Below the pieces are notes generated by a model, which had not been told where the DNA came from, ran no database searches, and saw nothing but the letters and a program-made list of their open reading frames with translations. 64,000 nt of DNA, taken from assembly GCA_963848135.1 (NCBI GenBank), contig CAWKCK010000002.1:1-64000 (forward strand), given 5' to 3'. Every line of letters starts with the position of its first letter. Position 1 is the stretch's first letter. The DNA is from an uncultured delta proteobacterium. GTDB lineage: Bacteria > Desulfobacterota > Desulfobacteria > Desulfobacterales > SG8-13. Of the stretch, positions 63,291 through 64,000 are shown in pieces. The position numbers and the translations under genes were made by a program.

Positions 63291-64000
63291 ATGATAAAAA
63301 AAGTCCTGATCGTCGATGATGACGGAGAGATGTTGAACGCCTTGCAAGAGGGATTTGCAAGGTATGAAGATACCTTTAAGGTCGTGACGGCCGAAAATGG
63401 GGAGAGTGGCATCGATGCGTTAAAAAATCACACCCTATCCCTGGTCGTAACCGACCTTAAGATGCCCGGCGTCGATGGACTGGCTCTCCTGCAGCACGTT
63501 ATGCAGAATTATCCGGACATTCCGGTCATCATGATGACGGCCTACAGTACCCCTCAAATGGAAAGACTCGCCCGCGAAGGCGGTGCGGTCGGTTACATTG
63601 CCAAGCCGTTCAAGCTCGAAAACCTGGCCAAAAAAATTATGGCCACGTTGCGACAGGAATCCGAGGGCGGGACGCTGCACAGCGTATCTTCAGGCATATT
63701 CCTGCAGCTGATGGAAATGGAACAGAAAACCTGCACGATCAGGCTCGAAGACCGAACTTCGGATAAGAAGGGCGTGCTGTTTTTTTCCGATGGAGAGCTT
63801 CTCGATGCGCGGGTGAATAATTTGCAGGGCAAGCCGGCTGCTTATGAAATATTCACCTGGGACAAAGTCACGATATCGATTCAGAACCATTGCCCTTCCA
63901 TCGAAAATAGAATCCAAAGTGAGCTCCAACCGTTGATACTCGACGCGACCCGGATGAAGGACGAGGCGGAGCCTGCCGGGCAACCGCTGCAAATGGACCA
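63291..64000 (+). CDS. Response regulator, REC + DUF4388/PATAN (runs off the right edge; absent from the ORF track)
   Basis: Translated by hand: MIKKVLIVDDD...VVTDLKMPGVDG...MMTAY...YIAKPF...GTLHSVSSGIFLQLMEMEQKTCTI...GVLFFSDGELLDA. Confidence 0.9.
   Translation, partial: MIKKVLIVDDDGEMLNALQEGFARYEDTFKVVTAENGESGIDALKNHTLSLVVTDLKMPGVDGLALLQHVMQNYPDIPVIMMTAYSTPQMERLAREGGAVGYIAKPFKLENLAKKIMATLRQESEGGTLHSVSSGIFLQLMEMEQKTCTIRLEDRTSDKKGVLFFSDGELLDARVNNLQGKPAAYEIFTWDKVTISIQNHCPSIENRIQSELQPLILDATRMKDEAEPAGQPLQMD

Noticed and set aside
1..64000. CRISPR array, integron, prophage or retroelement
   Set aside because: No regularly spaced repeat-spacer array, and no cas, integrase, phage structural or reverse transcriptase gene was recognised.

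Overview
Bacterial chromosomal window. Gene content (spdEFG1-type EF-G, MglA/MglB, DUF4388/PATAN proteins, acyl-CoA transferase-GNAT fusion) suggests a Desulfobacterota-like deltaproteobacterium; this is inference. 1-28 kb (minus strand) is a surface-polysaccharide locus: six glycosyltransferases, a VioA-like aminotransferase, an acetyltransferase, a FkbM methyltransferase, Wzm/Wzt, two Wzy/ligase-like membrane proteins, a TPR protein, a Wzc-type tyrosine kinase, a short OPX export protein plus beta-barrel, and a FecR-domain protein with a paralogous neighbour. Many of these genes are frameshifted, and the locus carries two IS elements and several repeat families. 28-44 kb is accessory: truncated IS4, RelE-RHH toxin-antitoxin pair, HD protein, FecR-TPR-barrel protein, Cys-rich secreted protein, CHASE2 cyclase, Arg-rich mini-protein and SPOR protein. 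45-64 kb holds ybgA-photolyase-cfa, tRNA-Trp, smr-fusA-ATPase, the CoA transferase-GNAT fusion and an MglB/MglA-headed signalling cluster that runs off the right edge. Most notable: (i) Wzc with a DUF4388/MshEN-like insert inside its kinase domain; (ii) a secreted paralog of the FecR protein's C-terminal half starting at the RGT autocleavage-type site; (iii) inverted 7-bp-period arrays bracketing inserted segments in the polysaccharide operon; (iv) MITE families with visible TIRs or TSDs, one matching the ends of the local ISNCY element; (v) the MglAB-linked cluster of split signalling proteins. All calls were made by eye; no database searches were run.
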